Origin: the human T2T-CHM13v2.0 reference genome, Homo sapiens
DNA length: 64,000 nucleotides
Assembly (NCBI RefSeq): GCF_009914755.1
Contig: NC_060927.1
Reading direction: 5' to 3' (one strand)
Below the pieces are notes generated by a model. That model made no database searches. It worked only from the letters and a program-made list of their open reading frames with translations, and was not told the origin of the DNA. The position numbers and the translations under genes were made by a program. How positions within the stretch are numbered: the stretch's first letter is position 1; every line of letters starts with the position of its first letter. Below are positions 1 through 12,276 of this stretch, piece after piece.

Positions 1-119
1 AAATCCAACAAAAAGGCCTAAAATAATTCAGTTGAACTGATAAAATGATAGCTTCCTTTCCTTTCCTTCTCCTTTCCTCCCATATATTGAGTATAATGTT
101 TCATTGAAAAGAACAACTT

Positions 120-660
120 GATACATTGTTCCAGCTATGTCTTACTATCTAGCAAGATACACCAACATTGAGAGCTTAAAAGACAATTTACTTTTGTATC
201 TCATATTTCTTTGGGTTGACATAGCTGTGTAGCATGCTGTTGAAGTCAGGCTTTTCCTGGAGATACAGTCATCTTAGGGGGCTCCTGGGCTAGAGGTCAA
301 GATGGCTCCCTCATATGGCTGACAGTAGCTATTATCTAGTAGCTCAACTTGGGCTTAGACTAGAGTGCCTGTACCTTACCTCTTCATGTATCCTGAGTTT
401 CTCAAAGTATGCAAGTTTGAATCTAAGTGTTAGCATCAAGAGACTGAAGCAGAAGTGGAAGACCTAACTGTGGAAGTCCCACCAAATAACTTTGGCTGCA
501 TTCCATTGGTAAAGCAAGTCATTAAGCTCAGACTAAATTTAAGGGGAGGGGATTTAAACTTCCCCTTTTAATGGGGGAGTGCGAAGGCCACATTGCTAAG
601 GAGCATGTAAGATAGAACATATTGTTGCAGTCATATCTTGGAAAATAAAATCTCTCATGC
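120..660 (-). mobile_element. MaLR LTR (MLT1-type), old
   Basis: MLT1-like motifs (caagatggctccctcatatggctg; ggctgcattccattggtaaagcaagtca; aaggggaggggatttaaactt). Recognised by eye, boundaries approximate. Confidence 0.6.
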
Positions 661-999
661 CTACTATTTTTAAAAATGAAGACCCAGTGAATTACTTTAT
701 GACAGTTTAACAAGTCTATTACTTTTCCTAGTAATTACCAGTGATAGTGAGTTGAATAGGTATAAAACCACAGAGCCTAGGACAGGGCCTGGCATATGGC
801 AGGTGCTTAAATACATGCTTGATAAAGGAAACACATAGTCTTAGTTGTTTTAAATGCATTGATGTAAGATTTATGCATATCATAACCTTAGAGTGGGAAG
901 AGAATTTATTTATTTTCCAGACATATAAATATATGTCAGGCATTTGTGAAGAGTTACCCTGTGCACTGAGTACCAATTTGTCAGCCTGGTGAGACAGAA

Positions 1000-1410
1000 C
1001 ACCTAAATATACTATAAATTCCATGAAGCTAATTTATTACTTGCAGATAGTTATAAAGGGACCACAGAAGGCTCGGATTCATGATGAGCCAGTCTCCCAA
1101 GGCTCAGGAAAGCTTCCCAGGCTGAGTGGAGTATTGTCTGTGCATGCCCTGCTTGCACCACAGCTGAGAGACCCTAGAAAGAAGCCTGCCCTGGTTTTAT
1201 ATCCTGGGAGATTATATGAATTGCTGGGACAAAGCCTTGAAGGATGTCCTGTTTCTAGGAGGGACTGGAACAGAACCCAGGTTGTTCCAGCAGCTTCCTC
1301 CTTATTTCAGGATGAGGCATACCCAACACTTCTACAGTTATTTACGAGACTACAAGCAAGGAAAGGGAGAGAACTAGGTTGTTTCGAAGCCACCTGGAGA
1401 ACTATCTGGC
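1000..1410 (-). mobile_element. ERVL-class solo LTR (MER54/MER74-like)
   Basis: GC-richer block in AT-rich DNA with an antisense TATA (tttatatcctgggag) and LTR-like composition; family uncertain. Confidence 0.4.
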
Positions 1411-1804
1411 AATATTTGTATCACGTTAATATATTATCTCATTTAAGTTAACATAAACCAGGTGGGGTAAGTACTAATCTTCAGATTTTGAATTATTCTT
1501 TATTCTTAATAAGAAAGTCTCACTCATATTTAAATATTACTTCAAGGTTTTTAAGTGGTGTTCATCTGAATGATTTCATCCTTTCAACAGCTTTGGGAAG
1601 ATGGAAGGGAGGTAGTGTTTCCTTCCTTTACAAGGGAGGCAGCCTAGAGAAGTAGAAAAACACAAGATTTCAAATCAGAAGCCTTGTTATTTTACCTAAG
1701 TCTCAACTGAAGCTAAAAGAGACCACAATAGACTCCAGTAAAACTGCTAGTGCTAAAAGACAAAAAAAAGTGAGTGTTTGATTCTAATTTAAGTGGGGAC
1801 TGCT

Positions 1805-1900
1805 TTAACTTCTTCCATGTAAAATGGGGATAATAATATGCACTCATTTGTATGTTGAGCTAATCAAGTGATTCAATATATGTGAAAGTATTAATTCATT
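1805..1900 (+). mobile_element. MIR fragment
   Basis: MIR core: catgtaaaatggggataataat...gattcaatatatgtgaaagt. Confidence 0.55.
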
Positions 1901-2861
1901 ACAGAGTGTACTTTCAAATCAATGTATAAACACAAGTTTTTATGTTTATGAGCAAGTTAAGATCTGAGTTTCCCAAAGTTACATAACCAACAAATGTTCA
2001 AGCCAATGGGAGAATCACTGTCATAAACTGCATTGTCACATTTAGCCAATATGACCACTTCAGAATTATTTTCATTATATCATTGTAACGTGAGAAACGT
2101 CAGGAGCTCCAATACTATTGAGAAACTAAGATATTTTACATGCATAAATGTTGTTGAAAGTTAAATGTAAAAGTGCAATAAATAGATTATAATAATTTTT
2201 AATAAAGAAATACATATATATTTTAAAAATAGCCTCAGGAAATGTAAAAAAAATTTATCTGTAAAATTCTTCTATAGGAGAAAGGCTTCAAAAAGTAGCA
2301 TTGCCTAAAATCAATGTTTTTATGGTAAGGAATAATTTGACCATTAAGGATAAAAAAAAAATTTCTACAAAGTTTGAGAAACAGGAATCATAAATCAGAT
2401 AAAATTTGAAGCAATTTGCAACTTAATTGCTTCATCTCTTTCAAAGAAGACTCCAGACCACAGTCTACTATATAATACATATGAAGAAATATTCGTTGGC
2501 TGAAGGATTAAGCAATTCCAAATAATCTTTCCTTAATACTATGTTAACATTTTGACTACATATAAGAAGGAAGTTGAGCTTTGGGGGACTTGGAGAAGCA
2601 GCTGTGAACTTCTGGCAAGGTCAAGGAAATCTAAACAATATTTAGACATTTGCTTTAAATTTCTATTTCTTCTTTTTATGATAAATTTGAAAACATTTTG
2701 CCACATTTTTTCTCTTTTTGTTGTTGTGTTAAGGCATGCCAGCTAAAAAATGTAAAGCACGTTATAGAATTTTAAAGTTACCGTTTAAACTCTGCAATGC
2801 CATAATTGATTCTGGCAAGGAACATCAAATGATGTTAAAAATCTTAGCTAAAAAATTGATA

Positions 2862-3025
2862 GGTCAAATGGTATTTCTGGTTCTAGATCCTTGAGGAATC
2901 GCCACACTGTCTTCCACAATGGTTGAACTAGTTTACAGTCCCACCACCCGGGCACACGTATACCTATGTAACAAACCTGCATGTTCTGCACACGTATTCC
3001 AGAACATAAAGTAAAATAAAAAAAA
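2862..3025. mobile_element. Short 5'-inverted L1PA insertion
   Basis: 2862-2946 is antisense L1 ORF2-end sequence (ggtcaaatggtatttctggttctagatccttgaggaatcgccac); 2951-3025 is the sense L1PA 3' terminus (ggcacacgtatacctatgtaacaaacctgc...taaaataaaaaaaag). Confidence 0.85.
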
Positions 3026-3199
3026 GAGAAGGTTCTTGAGCTTTGCATTAAAGACATCTAGTTGAACACATATACACATATTTTGTCTGTTCTCTCAAGG
3101 TAACAACAACAAAAAAGTATAAACCTACAACAACAAGGAGACTGGGAGGAGAGAGGAGTGTGAGAGGGAGGAAGGAGAGAGAAAAAAATGATGGGGACC

Positions 3200-3860
3200 T
3201 GGATATTCTCAAAGTGCCAAAGTATAATGTAATTAACTACTTGCTATATGTAAGGGACAAATCATAACGCTACAGTAGGAAGATCTGGCTGTTACTGCAA
3301 TAAACCAGGAATTGGGTTTAGCCTCACTGTTAGTGAGACAGACAGACATTATGGGGTTCCTGATGCAAGGCACTGTGAAGGAATGGCATCTTCTATGTAG
3401 CATATTGTTAAAAAATGCTTAATCAAGCCTTTGAATATGATTTTCACTAGGAAAAGAAAAATACAGGAATTAGGAAAACAAGTTAAAGAATGCATATTAA
3501 TCCAGAATGGGAAACATTTCACCAGACAATTTTATAATTGGCCCAGTCTCTCCAAAATATCATTTTCATTAAAAATTAAAAAAGAAAAGGAAGAGGAAAG
3601 AAATGAGACTGTTCTGGGTCAAAAGAGTCTTGATAGAGACAACAAATGCAATGTGATGCTGTAAAAGATAAGAAACAAATGGAGAAATTTGAATATATAC
3701 TAGTTATAAGATAGTGTTGAGAGAATACTGTTAATTTTGTCAGATGTCAGTATGGTACCGTGGTTAGGAAGGAAAATGTCATTTTTGAAAAGATGCAGCC
3801 TGGAGTGTTTAGTTGTGAAATGTCACGATGTCTGTTATTTTCATTAAAATGTTAAATGTT
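3200..3860 (+). mobile_element. Old L1M (L1ME/L1MC-type) 3' UTR fragment
   Basis: caaatgcaatgtgatg and ggaaaatgtcatttttgaaaagatgcagcctggagtgtttag resemble old L1 3' UTRs. Confidence 0.55.
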
Positions 3861-4135
3861 TCTCTTTAAAACATGCTATACCTATAGTTTTTGTCGTTCT
3901 AGAAGATGTGCCTCATTTGCTTAACCTAAATCACTATTTTCTGGTCTCCATGACAACTTGCAGATGGCTTGAGTTGGTTGTAAAAGTTATTTTGTGTACA
4001 GGGTTAAGTTGTTATTGTCAAGAATTTGGCAAATCAACAGCACATATCTTGATTTTCTCACTCAGAATACGATTCTCTTACAAAACAGCGTTGCTGCTTT
4101 CCTTGTGAATAATTAAAATAAATAACAGAAATAAC

Positions 4136-4409
4136 TGTCTGGGCACAGTGGCGCATGCCTCTAGTCCCAGCACTTTGGGAGGCCGAGACGGTGGGGGATC
4201 ACCAGAGGTCAGGAGTTCGAGACCAGCCTGGCCAACATGATGAAATGCTATCTCTACTAAAAGTACAAAAATTAGCCTTGGGTGGTGGCTCACACCTGTG
4301 GTCCTAGCTACTCAGGAGGCTGAGGCAGGGGAATTGCTTGAACCGAGTAAGCCGAGGTTGCAGTGAGCTGAGATTGCGCCACTGCACTCCAGCCTGGGAG
4401 ACAGAGTGA
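4136..4409 (+). mobile_element. AluS lacking its 3' end and poly(A) tail
   Basis: Two-arm Alu (cccagcactttgggaggccgag; gaggttgcagtgagctgagattgcgccactgcactccagcctggg) ending at gagacagagtg. Confidence 0.93.
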
Positions 4410-4424
4410 AATAATTAAAGTCAC

Positions 4425-4650
4425 CACCATTTAATGATTCCTTACCTATCTATCAAGTACAGGGGTGAGGGCTTGACATTCATCTTCTCATTTGATTCTT
4501 GCAACAACTTTGTAAGTGCACATTATTAACTTTATTTCACAAGTGAGGAAACCAAGGTTTAGACATTTTAAGTTATTTGACCAAAGTCTCAGAAGCAAAG
4601 CCACCAAAACTGCCTTTTCCAAAGTCTGTGCTCTTAATCAGCTTTGCTAT
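4425..4650 (-). mobile_element. MIR
   Basis: Antisense MIR core: atttcacaagtgaggaaaccaagg...ttatttgaccaaagtc...tccaaagtctgtgctcttaa. Confidence 0.75.
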
Positions 4651-5002
4651 TTTTCCTTCCCCATGTCTATAAACAGACGCTCCAATTTTAGTGAATATAC
4701 CCACAGTGAACCTTGATGACGTTAAACATGGTTTCAATTGTTAAAGTAACTTTCTGATAAATTGCAATATCTGGCATGGAACATGAACTTCCTTTTTTTT
4801 TTAAAAAAAAATTATGTTGGCTTTTTTTTTTTTTACACATTTGCTTTTCCAGATAAATTAGAATTTTCTAGACAAATTACCTCCGTATGATTTTGTATAA
4901 AATTATATGAAATTTATGTTTATTTGTGAAAGTTAAGTTTTAATAGATTGAGCTTTCCTATTCAGCCACAATTATGGAATTTTATACATTATGCCGCTTA
5001 CA

Positions 5003-6083
5003 TATGGGAAAATGCTCAACATCACTAATTATGGGGGAAATGCAAATCAAAACCACAATGGGATACCACCTCACTCCTGCAAGAATAAAGAAAAAAAAAT
5101 TAATGTTGACGTGGATGTGGTGAAAAGAGAACACTTTTACACTGTTGATGGGAATGCAAACTAATGCAACCACTATGGAAAACAGCGTGAAAATTCCTTA
5201 AAAAATTAAAAGTAGGCCGGGCGCGGTGGCTCATGCCTGTAATCCCAGCACTTTTGGAGGTCTAGTGGGGTGGATCACGAGGTCAAGAGATCGAGACCAT
5301 CCTGGCCAACATGGTGAAACCCTGTCTCCACTAAAAATACAAAAAATTAGCCGGGCGTGGTAGTGGGCGCCTGTAGTCCCAGGTACTCGGGAAGCTGAGG
5401 CGGCGTCAACCCAGGAGGCGGAGCTTGCAGAGAGCCGAGATCGCGCCACTGCACTCCAGCCTGGGCGACAGAGCAAGACTCCGTCTCAAAAAAAAAAAAA
5501 AAAATTAAAAGTAGATCTACCATTTGATCCAGCAATCCCACTGCTAGGTATCTACCCAGAGGAAAAGAAGCCATTATATGAAAAAGATACTTGCACACAC
5601 ATGTTTATAGTAGCACAATTTGCAGGTGCAAAAATGTGGAACCAGCCCAAATGCCCATCAATCAACAAGTGGATAAAGAAAATGTGAGATAGATAGATAG
5701 ATATAACGGAATACTACTCAGCCATAAGAAAGAATGAAAGAATGGCATTTGCAGCAACCTGGATGGAATTGCAGACTAATATTCTAGGTGAAGTAACTCA
5801 GGAATGGAAAACCAAACATTGTATGGTCTCACTTATATGAGGGAGCTAAGCTATGAGGACACAAAGGCATAAGAACGATACATTGGACTTTGGGGACTCG
5901 GTGGAAAGTGTTGGTGGTGGCGAGGGATAAAAGACTACACCTCGGGTACAGGTTACAGGCTACACTGCTTGTGTGATGGGTGCACCAAAATCTCAGAAAT
6001 CACCACTAAAGAACTTATTCATATAACCAAACACCAACTGTTCCCCAAAACCTTTGGAAATAAAAAAAATTAAAAATTAAAAA
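5003..6083 (+). mobile_element. L1PB-type 3' fragment (ORF2 end + 3' UTR), interrupted by an Alu
   Basis: aaatgcaaatcaaaaccacaatg; gaagtaactcaggaatggaaaaccaaac; gggtgcaccaaaatctcagaaatcaccactaaagaac; A-rich tail. Confidence 0.9.
5215..5504 (+). mobile_element. Alu (AluSc/AluY-like) inserted in L1PB
   Basis: Starts ggccgggcgcggtggctc, has poly(A), and carries TSD aaaaaattaaaagta on both sides. Confidence 0.96.
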
Positions 6084-7109
6084 TCCCAATCGTTCTATGT
6101 ATTTTTACTGTTGTTTTTCACTAACTCTAAAACTTTTCCTTAAATTTTCCATTATTGTGCCTTAATTTTGAGTTAACAAAGCAGAAGCTTTGAGAAAACG
6201 AGTTTCAGGCCTGCACAGACTTGGGAAGTGAAGACTTTAGCTACAGTTATACAGAATTGGTGACTAGTTAATAGAAATAAAAATATGTCACGTTGTAACA
6301 CCTACTGGCTGGCCTTGTCATTAAACCTTAAGAGTTGTAAATCTAATACTTATAAATGTTCCCTTGAATGGTTGTATACTTAGGCCTACTGTTTTATAAG
6401 TAGGTAGTTCCTGCTTTAGATCAACAAGGCAGGGATTTGAATATGTAAAACATATTTTATGTCCGGAATTATGCAAAGTTTGTCATTAAAGACATGTATT
6501 GATGATGCAGACATATTTTTTCACCCTGTGTTTCCACAGGATCTCGTTTAGTTTCCTTTCCATTTACTTTCCAGGCTTGTAAAACTCATGGATACACTTT
6601 TAGCTTGAGGCTTTTTCTGCATTGCCTTACCTATGTTTAGGTTAGTCATTGCCTATTAATTTGGTTAATCCTTTCTCCCCATTTAATTTGTTATTTAAAT
6701 AAAATTTATAATTTACTATTTAACTTATCATTTAAATTGAATCCAGATATTCAAAACACTGGCCATTCTTTCTACTATGATGTTTTTGTAATGTTTTATT
6801 CCACCTTGACTGTGATAGTCCCGTTTGTAATACCAAGAGGATCAGATCATTTTTTGTTCTAGAAAGATAAAAAAGTTCCTGAAAGAGTGAGAAAATACAC
6901 TTTTGAACCCGAAACAAAGTCTCATTTTCTAAGATTTTGGCATAAAATATACCGTGTACCTTTTGCTCTTAAAACACTTCGTTGTTAATACATTCAATTT
7001 TAAGGTACTTATGAGTGGCAGGCTATGGGACTAGTTAGTTCTTGTCTAGAATCTCCTCTATAACCCTCAAGAAATAATATGTATTTTTAAAAAATCTTAC
7101 CATTTTTTC

Positions 7110-7512
7110 AGTGTACAATATACAATTTCTTACATTGATCCATTTATTAACTCATTAGTGATTTTGTGGTTTTCACTGCTTTTATACAAGCTTTTGCTTT
7201 TATGATCATCATAGTTTCTTATACCCAAGTCCTCTTTGCCTTACTGAAAAAGAATTCTGAGAAGGGCAGAAGCAAAAGCTTCCTCATGTGCAGTGCCCAC
7301 CTGCTCTCTGTCTCTTTGTTCTATAGCAGTGTCTTCTTCATGTATGGGTGCCCCAGGTCTGGCCCAGATTAACAGTGGAATGAAATGTATTTTCCGTTCT
7401 ACATGATTATAATTCCTCTGCAGACTCCTTTATTTACAGTATGAAAAACAAAGAAGTTTTAGGTACACTTAGAACAATGATAAAGAAATATTTTTGGAGA
7501 ACACTTTCATAA
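7110..7512 (+). pseudogene. OR5BM1P: Olfactory receptor family 5 pseudogene, recognisable TM5-TM7 half (may extend 5' to ~6588)
   Basis: Translates [51 protein letters not shown], homologous to the neighbouring ORs. In-frame TAA at 7370-7372, 1-nt loss near 7430 (PFIYS motif), terminal TAA 7510-7512. Symbol inferred from recalled gene order only. Confidence 0.8.
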
Positions 7513-8554
7513 TTCTTTCCATTTCCTTTCTGTTAAAACAAATCGTAATAATTGTTTCTGTGTTTTACACATAGTAGGGACACAATATGTTAAGTGAATG
7601 AATAAAAAAATTTAGACTAAATATTCTTGTCTTAGTTATAAGTTATTCTGATCATTAAAATAGTTAATGAGCATTTAAGGACAAACACCACATTTTTGTT
7701 GTTGTTTTAAGTACATACTCAAGGATGAAGTTCAAACTGAAATTATAATACCACATTACTGTTTTTGTAACATGAATGAAACACAAGAGTTCATTCATTT
7801 TACAAAGACTTAGTAACAAGTTTTTGTAACGTGAATGAACTACATGAAATACAGACATACATGTTTTAGAACTTACTTGCAGTTATTTAAAGGAAGACCC
7901 CACCTATATAATTTAAAAAGTGTTCAAAGTATTCATGCACTTCTAAATAATTCTTGAACAAGGCATTTTTCAAACTTTCTCTTTAGCAGATATTTATAAT
8001 AATATATCAGAATGTTAATAAAAATAATACTGTTAGGCCAAATATGACAACACATATCCTCTTAAAACATTTAAAACTAAGATTTCCATTTGGTTTAAAA
8101 GCAATTTTGAAAAGTAACATGTTTCATTGCCTCCATTGAAAGATATGTAAATGTAACAACAAAAATACTAAAAGTAATTCAAATTTCTGCAATATAGTTA
8201 GAAAATTTCTGAGTTCTTCTAAAACTTTTACTTTTTAATTTATTGAGTAGTCCTACTGAGCACTGCATTCCTGACACACATATCCTACCTGAATAGTGTT
8301 TTCTGGCATTGACACCTGCCTGAACCAGCAGGTGTGCTTGATCAACTGTCAGTTAAATATATTAAGCTAATTTTTTTTCTTACCTACATTGTGTATATAT
8401 TCTATCTGGCCCTTTCATGAGTAGGCAAACTTTGACCTCCTTACTTTTATTACTTAGACTCTTGAGAATACTCAAGAGAGTATTCTCTTGAGAAAATACT
8501 CAAGAAAGATTTTTCCATATGCATAATACATTGCTTTTACCCTGGCTTTAAAAA

Positions 8555-8870
8555 AAAGTGAAGAAATGGCAGTTTGTTGAATGATATAACCCAAAGCCCC
8601 AAATGAGGCACAGTGGCTTTAGGAATAGTTTGTTAGGGTTCAGTTTTTTCAGAACCCGGTTCCTCTCATTGCATCTGAGCTGTGCCTTCTGCTGTGTGGA
8701 CTCCATTTTAAGCAGGTGTACCCTGTGGCTGCAGAATCTCTGCAGGATTTCCTGTCTCCATCTCTCTATAGTCAACCCCAGCGACAAAGTGTTCTAATTT
8801 TATATGTAATATGCCATACAGGCTGATTAGTCTTGCCTACATAGTGGCCATATGTCAATGTATAACCTTT
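8555..8870. mobile_element. Old MaLR (MLT1-type) LTR fragment
   Basis: ggctttaggaatagtttgttagggttca...ctgtgccttctgctgtgtggactccattttaagcagg resembles old MLT1 LTRs. Confidence 0.45.
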
Positions 8871-10908
8871 CTCTCTCATCATTACACCTATATTATTTCA
8901 AGAAAAATCCCCACTGATTTGGGTTGAGACCTAGAGACCAGAGTACTACATTCTACATGCTTTCCTCAGCTAGATTCACATAGAGCAGGACTGACATCCT
9001 CACACTCCCCGAGAGGAAAACAGCCACAGGCAGCTATATAGTCAAAGGGGACAATAGTTTTGCAAATATTAAACAATGGAAATTAATTTCTTATTTTAAC
9101 ATTTTTTTTCATAGTTTCTGAGGTGGGAAAAATCTAGTACTTGACCTTTTAACAAGATAGCCTGAAGAGCAGACTTTTAAATTACTTATGTCTGAGTCCT
9201 GAATCATGTCCCTTAAAGAGGCAGTTCATTGGCTGAGCAGAAATCCCAAATCACAGAGCTGTACTAATTGGTTAGTTAATTAGGGCACTCCCAGGTGAGA
9301 AATGTTGAAGACTGGCAGACACTAACTTCCATTGTTCATCCAAGTCCGTTGGCACAATCTGTGGTTTGACTTTTAGAGGTGTTAGTGCAATTCTCTCACA
9401 ATCTCCTAGCTCCACTTTAGAATGCCTGCACCTTAGTTACCTCAGTTTCTTTCATACAACCTTAATTACCTCTGAAGCATGAATTCCCCTTTGCCAGGTA
9501 ACCTAACATATTCACACGTTCTGGGAATTAAGATGTGTACATATGTGGCAGGAGCATTATTGCGTACATCAAAGGTAGACTTGGAAAAGAGTGTGTTTTG
9601 TCCAGATTCCAATTTATGGCACTAGAAATCATTTCTGGCTCTGCTCCTTCCTTACCTGGCTACCTCAAAGTAAACTTGGTTTGCAAAGTACGTAGGCAGC
9701 AGACCCTTGAAGGTTAAGCTTTAGGGGCTGGTCCCCATCACCATCTTGCATGGCCAGGACCTGCAAATTCCTGCAGCGACAGAAAGAAGCCAAGAGACTC
9801 ACTCATGCAACAGGTGGGTTGGGACATGTAGGTGGAGGACATAAGAGAGACCCTGAGGGGTGACCACATCAATGAGACCCAAGAGAGTCAGAACAGCCTT
9901 GGAGGGCAGCTGGGACCCTACCCATACTAGTTGACCAGATCAATAGTTCCAATAGGCACTGACTTTGGCTGTAAAAGCTGGCACCATGCCAAGCCCAGAA
10001 GAGTCAGACAGTATTAGTAGGACAGAGACCTTCACTTTACTCCCAAAAGATCACAGGCCTTTCCCTGCTCCATATTCTCATATTCATCTCAGAGGTTTAC
10101 ATGAAAAAATTAAAATTAGTCAAGTTAATTTTCTGTCATTTAGAGCATGACAGCTCTTGCTATATCTATTCCATGAACTGCTTAACAAAATCATTGATTA
10201 GAATCACAGACTCCGGTCATCTCCAGGCTGAGGTCATGACCCATGAGAGAATGGATCGGAAGTAATAGGATACGGGACAATCGACTAACCCCTCTTCTTA
10301 AACTCTGGACTTTTGGAGAGTTGTTTTCACTGAGAAAAGCCCAAGTCCAATAGTGATAACTCAGTTCATAAGTGATGGCCTGGGACATGCTGTAGAGACT
10401 AGGTGTGGGAGGACATATTCAGAGTCCCTAGCTGAGTCAGAAATAGAACCTGCAGCTTGTCTCACAGGAGCCAAGGCCAACATGAGAGATCCTGGCAGAT
10501 TGGGAAGGGACATCACATGAATCGTGCAAGAATCAGCTCATCCACCTATTTCCACACAAGCTAGGCAACTGAGGCAGAGATGGAACTACAACTTGAAAGT
10601 GAACATGAGCATATGAGAGAGGAGAAAGAGAAGAAAAGATTGAGGAGACAGCCTACACTTTCTGACACCATTACAAAGATAACTGCTCAGCCTCCAGTGG
10701 GTCCACCCTATGCTCATACCTACACAAGGGAGGCCCTGCTGACCATGTAGCTGGAATTCCTGGGACAGGGATGCATTATACTGTGGATGGAGGGAGCTTC
10801 CTAGTAGGAGAAAAGACTTTCATCCAGTAACCAATTTTACTTAGCCAAACTACAACAGAACATAGTAGAAAATTCAACTCAGGTCTTTCTAGAAGCAAGG
10901 TAAGCAAA

Positions 10909-10989
10909 CTTAGCAAACTTGAGTCCATTCAAAAGACTCTTACCCTAAAAAAGAGTAAGAGTCTTTTGAATGGACTCATGTTTACTAAG
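10909..10989. repeat. Inverted repeat / hairpin
   Basis: Perfect 24-bp arms 10920-10943 and 10955-10978, 11-nt loop; extends to 35 bp with 2 mismatches. Confidence 0.95.
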
Positions 10990-12276
10990 GAGAGAAAGTA
11001 ATGGGGAGGAAGAGAATGAAAAGTATTAATTTTCTTTTATCAGTTGCCTCTCTGAGTATAGAGCTGGTTCCATAGTTTGCATAAGGGTTCTATCTGTCTG
11101 GGAATATATTTTAAATTGTTGTAGAAGTAATGCAAAGAGAAAAAAAGGAATTCCTCTTCTGACTTCAAAAACAGGAATTTGTCTTGAAGGAATATTACAT
11201 TATTTTACACAGATTTTTAGTATATTAAGAAATGAACTGGAAGTCTTAGAGATTAGAGTTCTATACTGTAAATATGGCTATGTCTGCTAGGCTAAGCCTG
11301 GTTTCTTCATCGCACAAGGAGAATACAAAGTAAGAGAAGTAAAAAATGAGCCCATATTTTCTCACTTAGTGGTGAGGGGAGAAGAGTAAGTGGATAGAGA
11401 GCAAAGGGAAGCAGTCAGGTAACTATATCCCAATTTTGTTGTTACAGGCTCCAATTTGGAGTTTCAGAGGTTTGTAGATAGTTTTAATAGAGCCTGAGGG
11501 AGGGAAGTCTTCTAGCCAGAGTCTTGTTTTAGAGTGTAGAAAGGAACCAGTCTTTCCTGCATAACACTGGGGCATGGCCTGCAGCATGGCTAGGCAGAGG
11601 GTGGCCTAGAAGTTTTCCTCCCTCTATGTGTTGTGATGGGACCAGGAGTCCCAGAGTATCACTGAGGGGAGCACTCAGGCTGTATGTGACCTTCTATTTG
11701 GGTGATATATGAAATTCCTTGAATCGATAGGTAATTTAATTTGCTCTTATGTAGCTCTCACTGAACTCAGGTATTTACTTCTTATGCAACTCCACACTGC
11801 TCTAAAACTGATTTTTAAATGAAAAAAAACTAGTTTTGTGCTTTCACTATTTACAAAACAAAATTCAGCACTATATAACATTTCCTCCATACCCTTGAGC
11901 AATATCTTTGGAGATGAGTTTCAAGTTACTACAGTGCTGCAGAGCAGGAAACCTTTGACTTGGAAGCCATGAACAAACCACAAAAATCCACAAAGAATGA
12001 AATGTACCCCTTTATACAGGGAGACTTATGGACGTTTTCATTTGCAAAATGTTAGAGGCAACCTTTACAACTCAAGAGGGCTGTTGTGTAAATATACTTT
12101 TTTTCTTTCAGATTCTGTGACTTAACACTTTTCAAATAGTCTAGTTCTTGAAAGTGGTTAAAGCATCTCAGATAAAGTCAGGTCATAGGTTTCCCTGGCA
12201 TTTAAAGGATTTGCAAATTCCTGTGGTCTTTTTTAGAACAAGCAGCTCTATCCAAAAATAGACCATCAAAGGCTTC

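Noticed and set aside
1023-1451. 142-aa ORF
   Set aside because: Lies almost wholly in an LTR-like block, with no recognisable domain or splice context.
2400-6500. A fourth copy of the promoter block upstream of the first pseudogene
   Set aside because: I looked for the TGATTA...atcctaYWggga module and did not find a convincing match.
9700-11600. GC-richer stretches as possible exons or a novel gene
   Set aside because: Only short ORFs; composition suggests old LTR/ERVL sequence I could not assign to a family.
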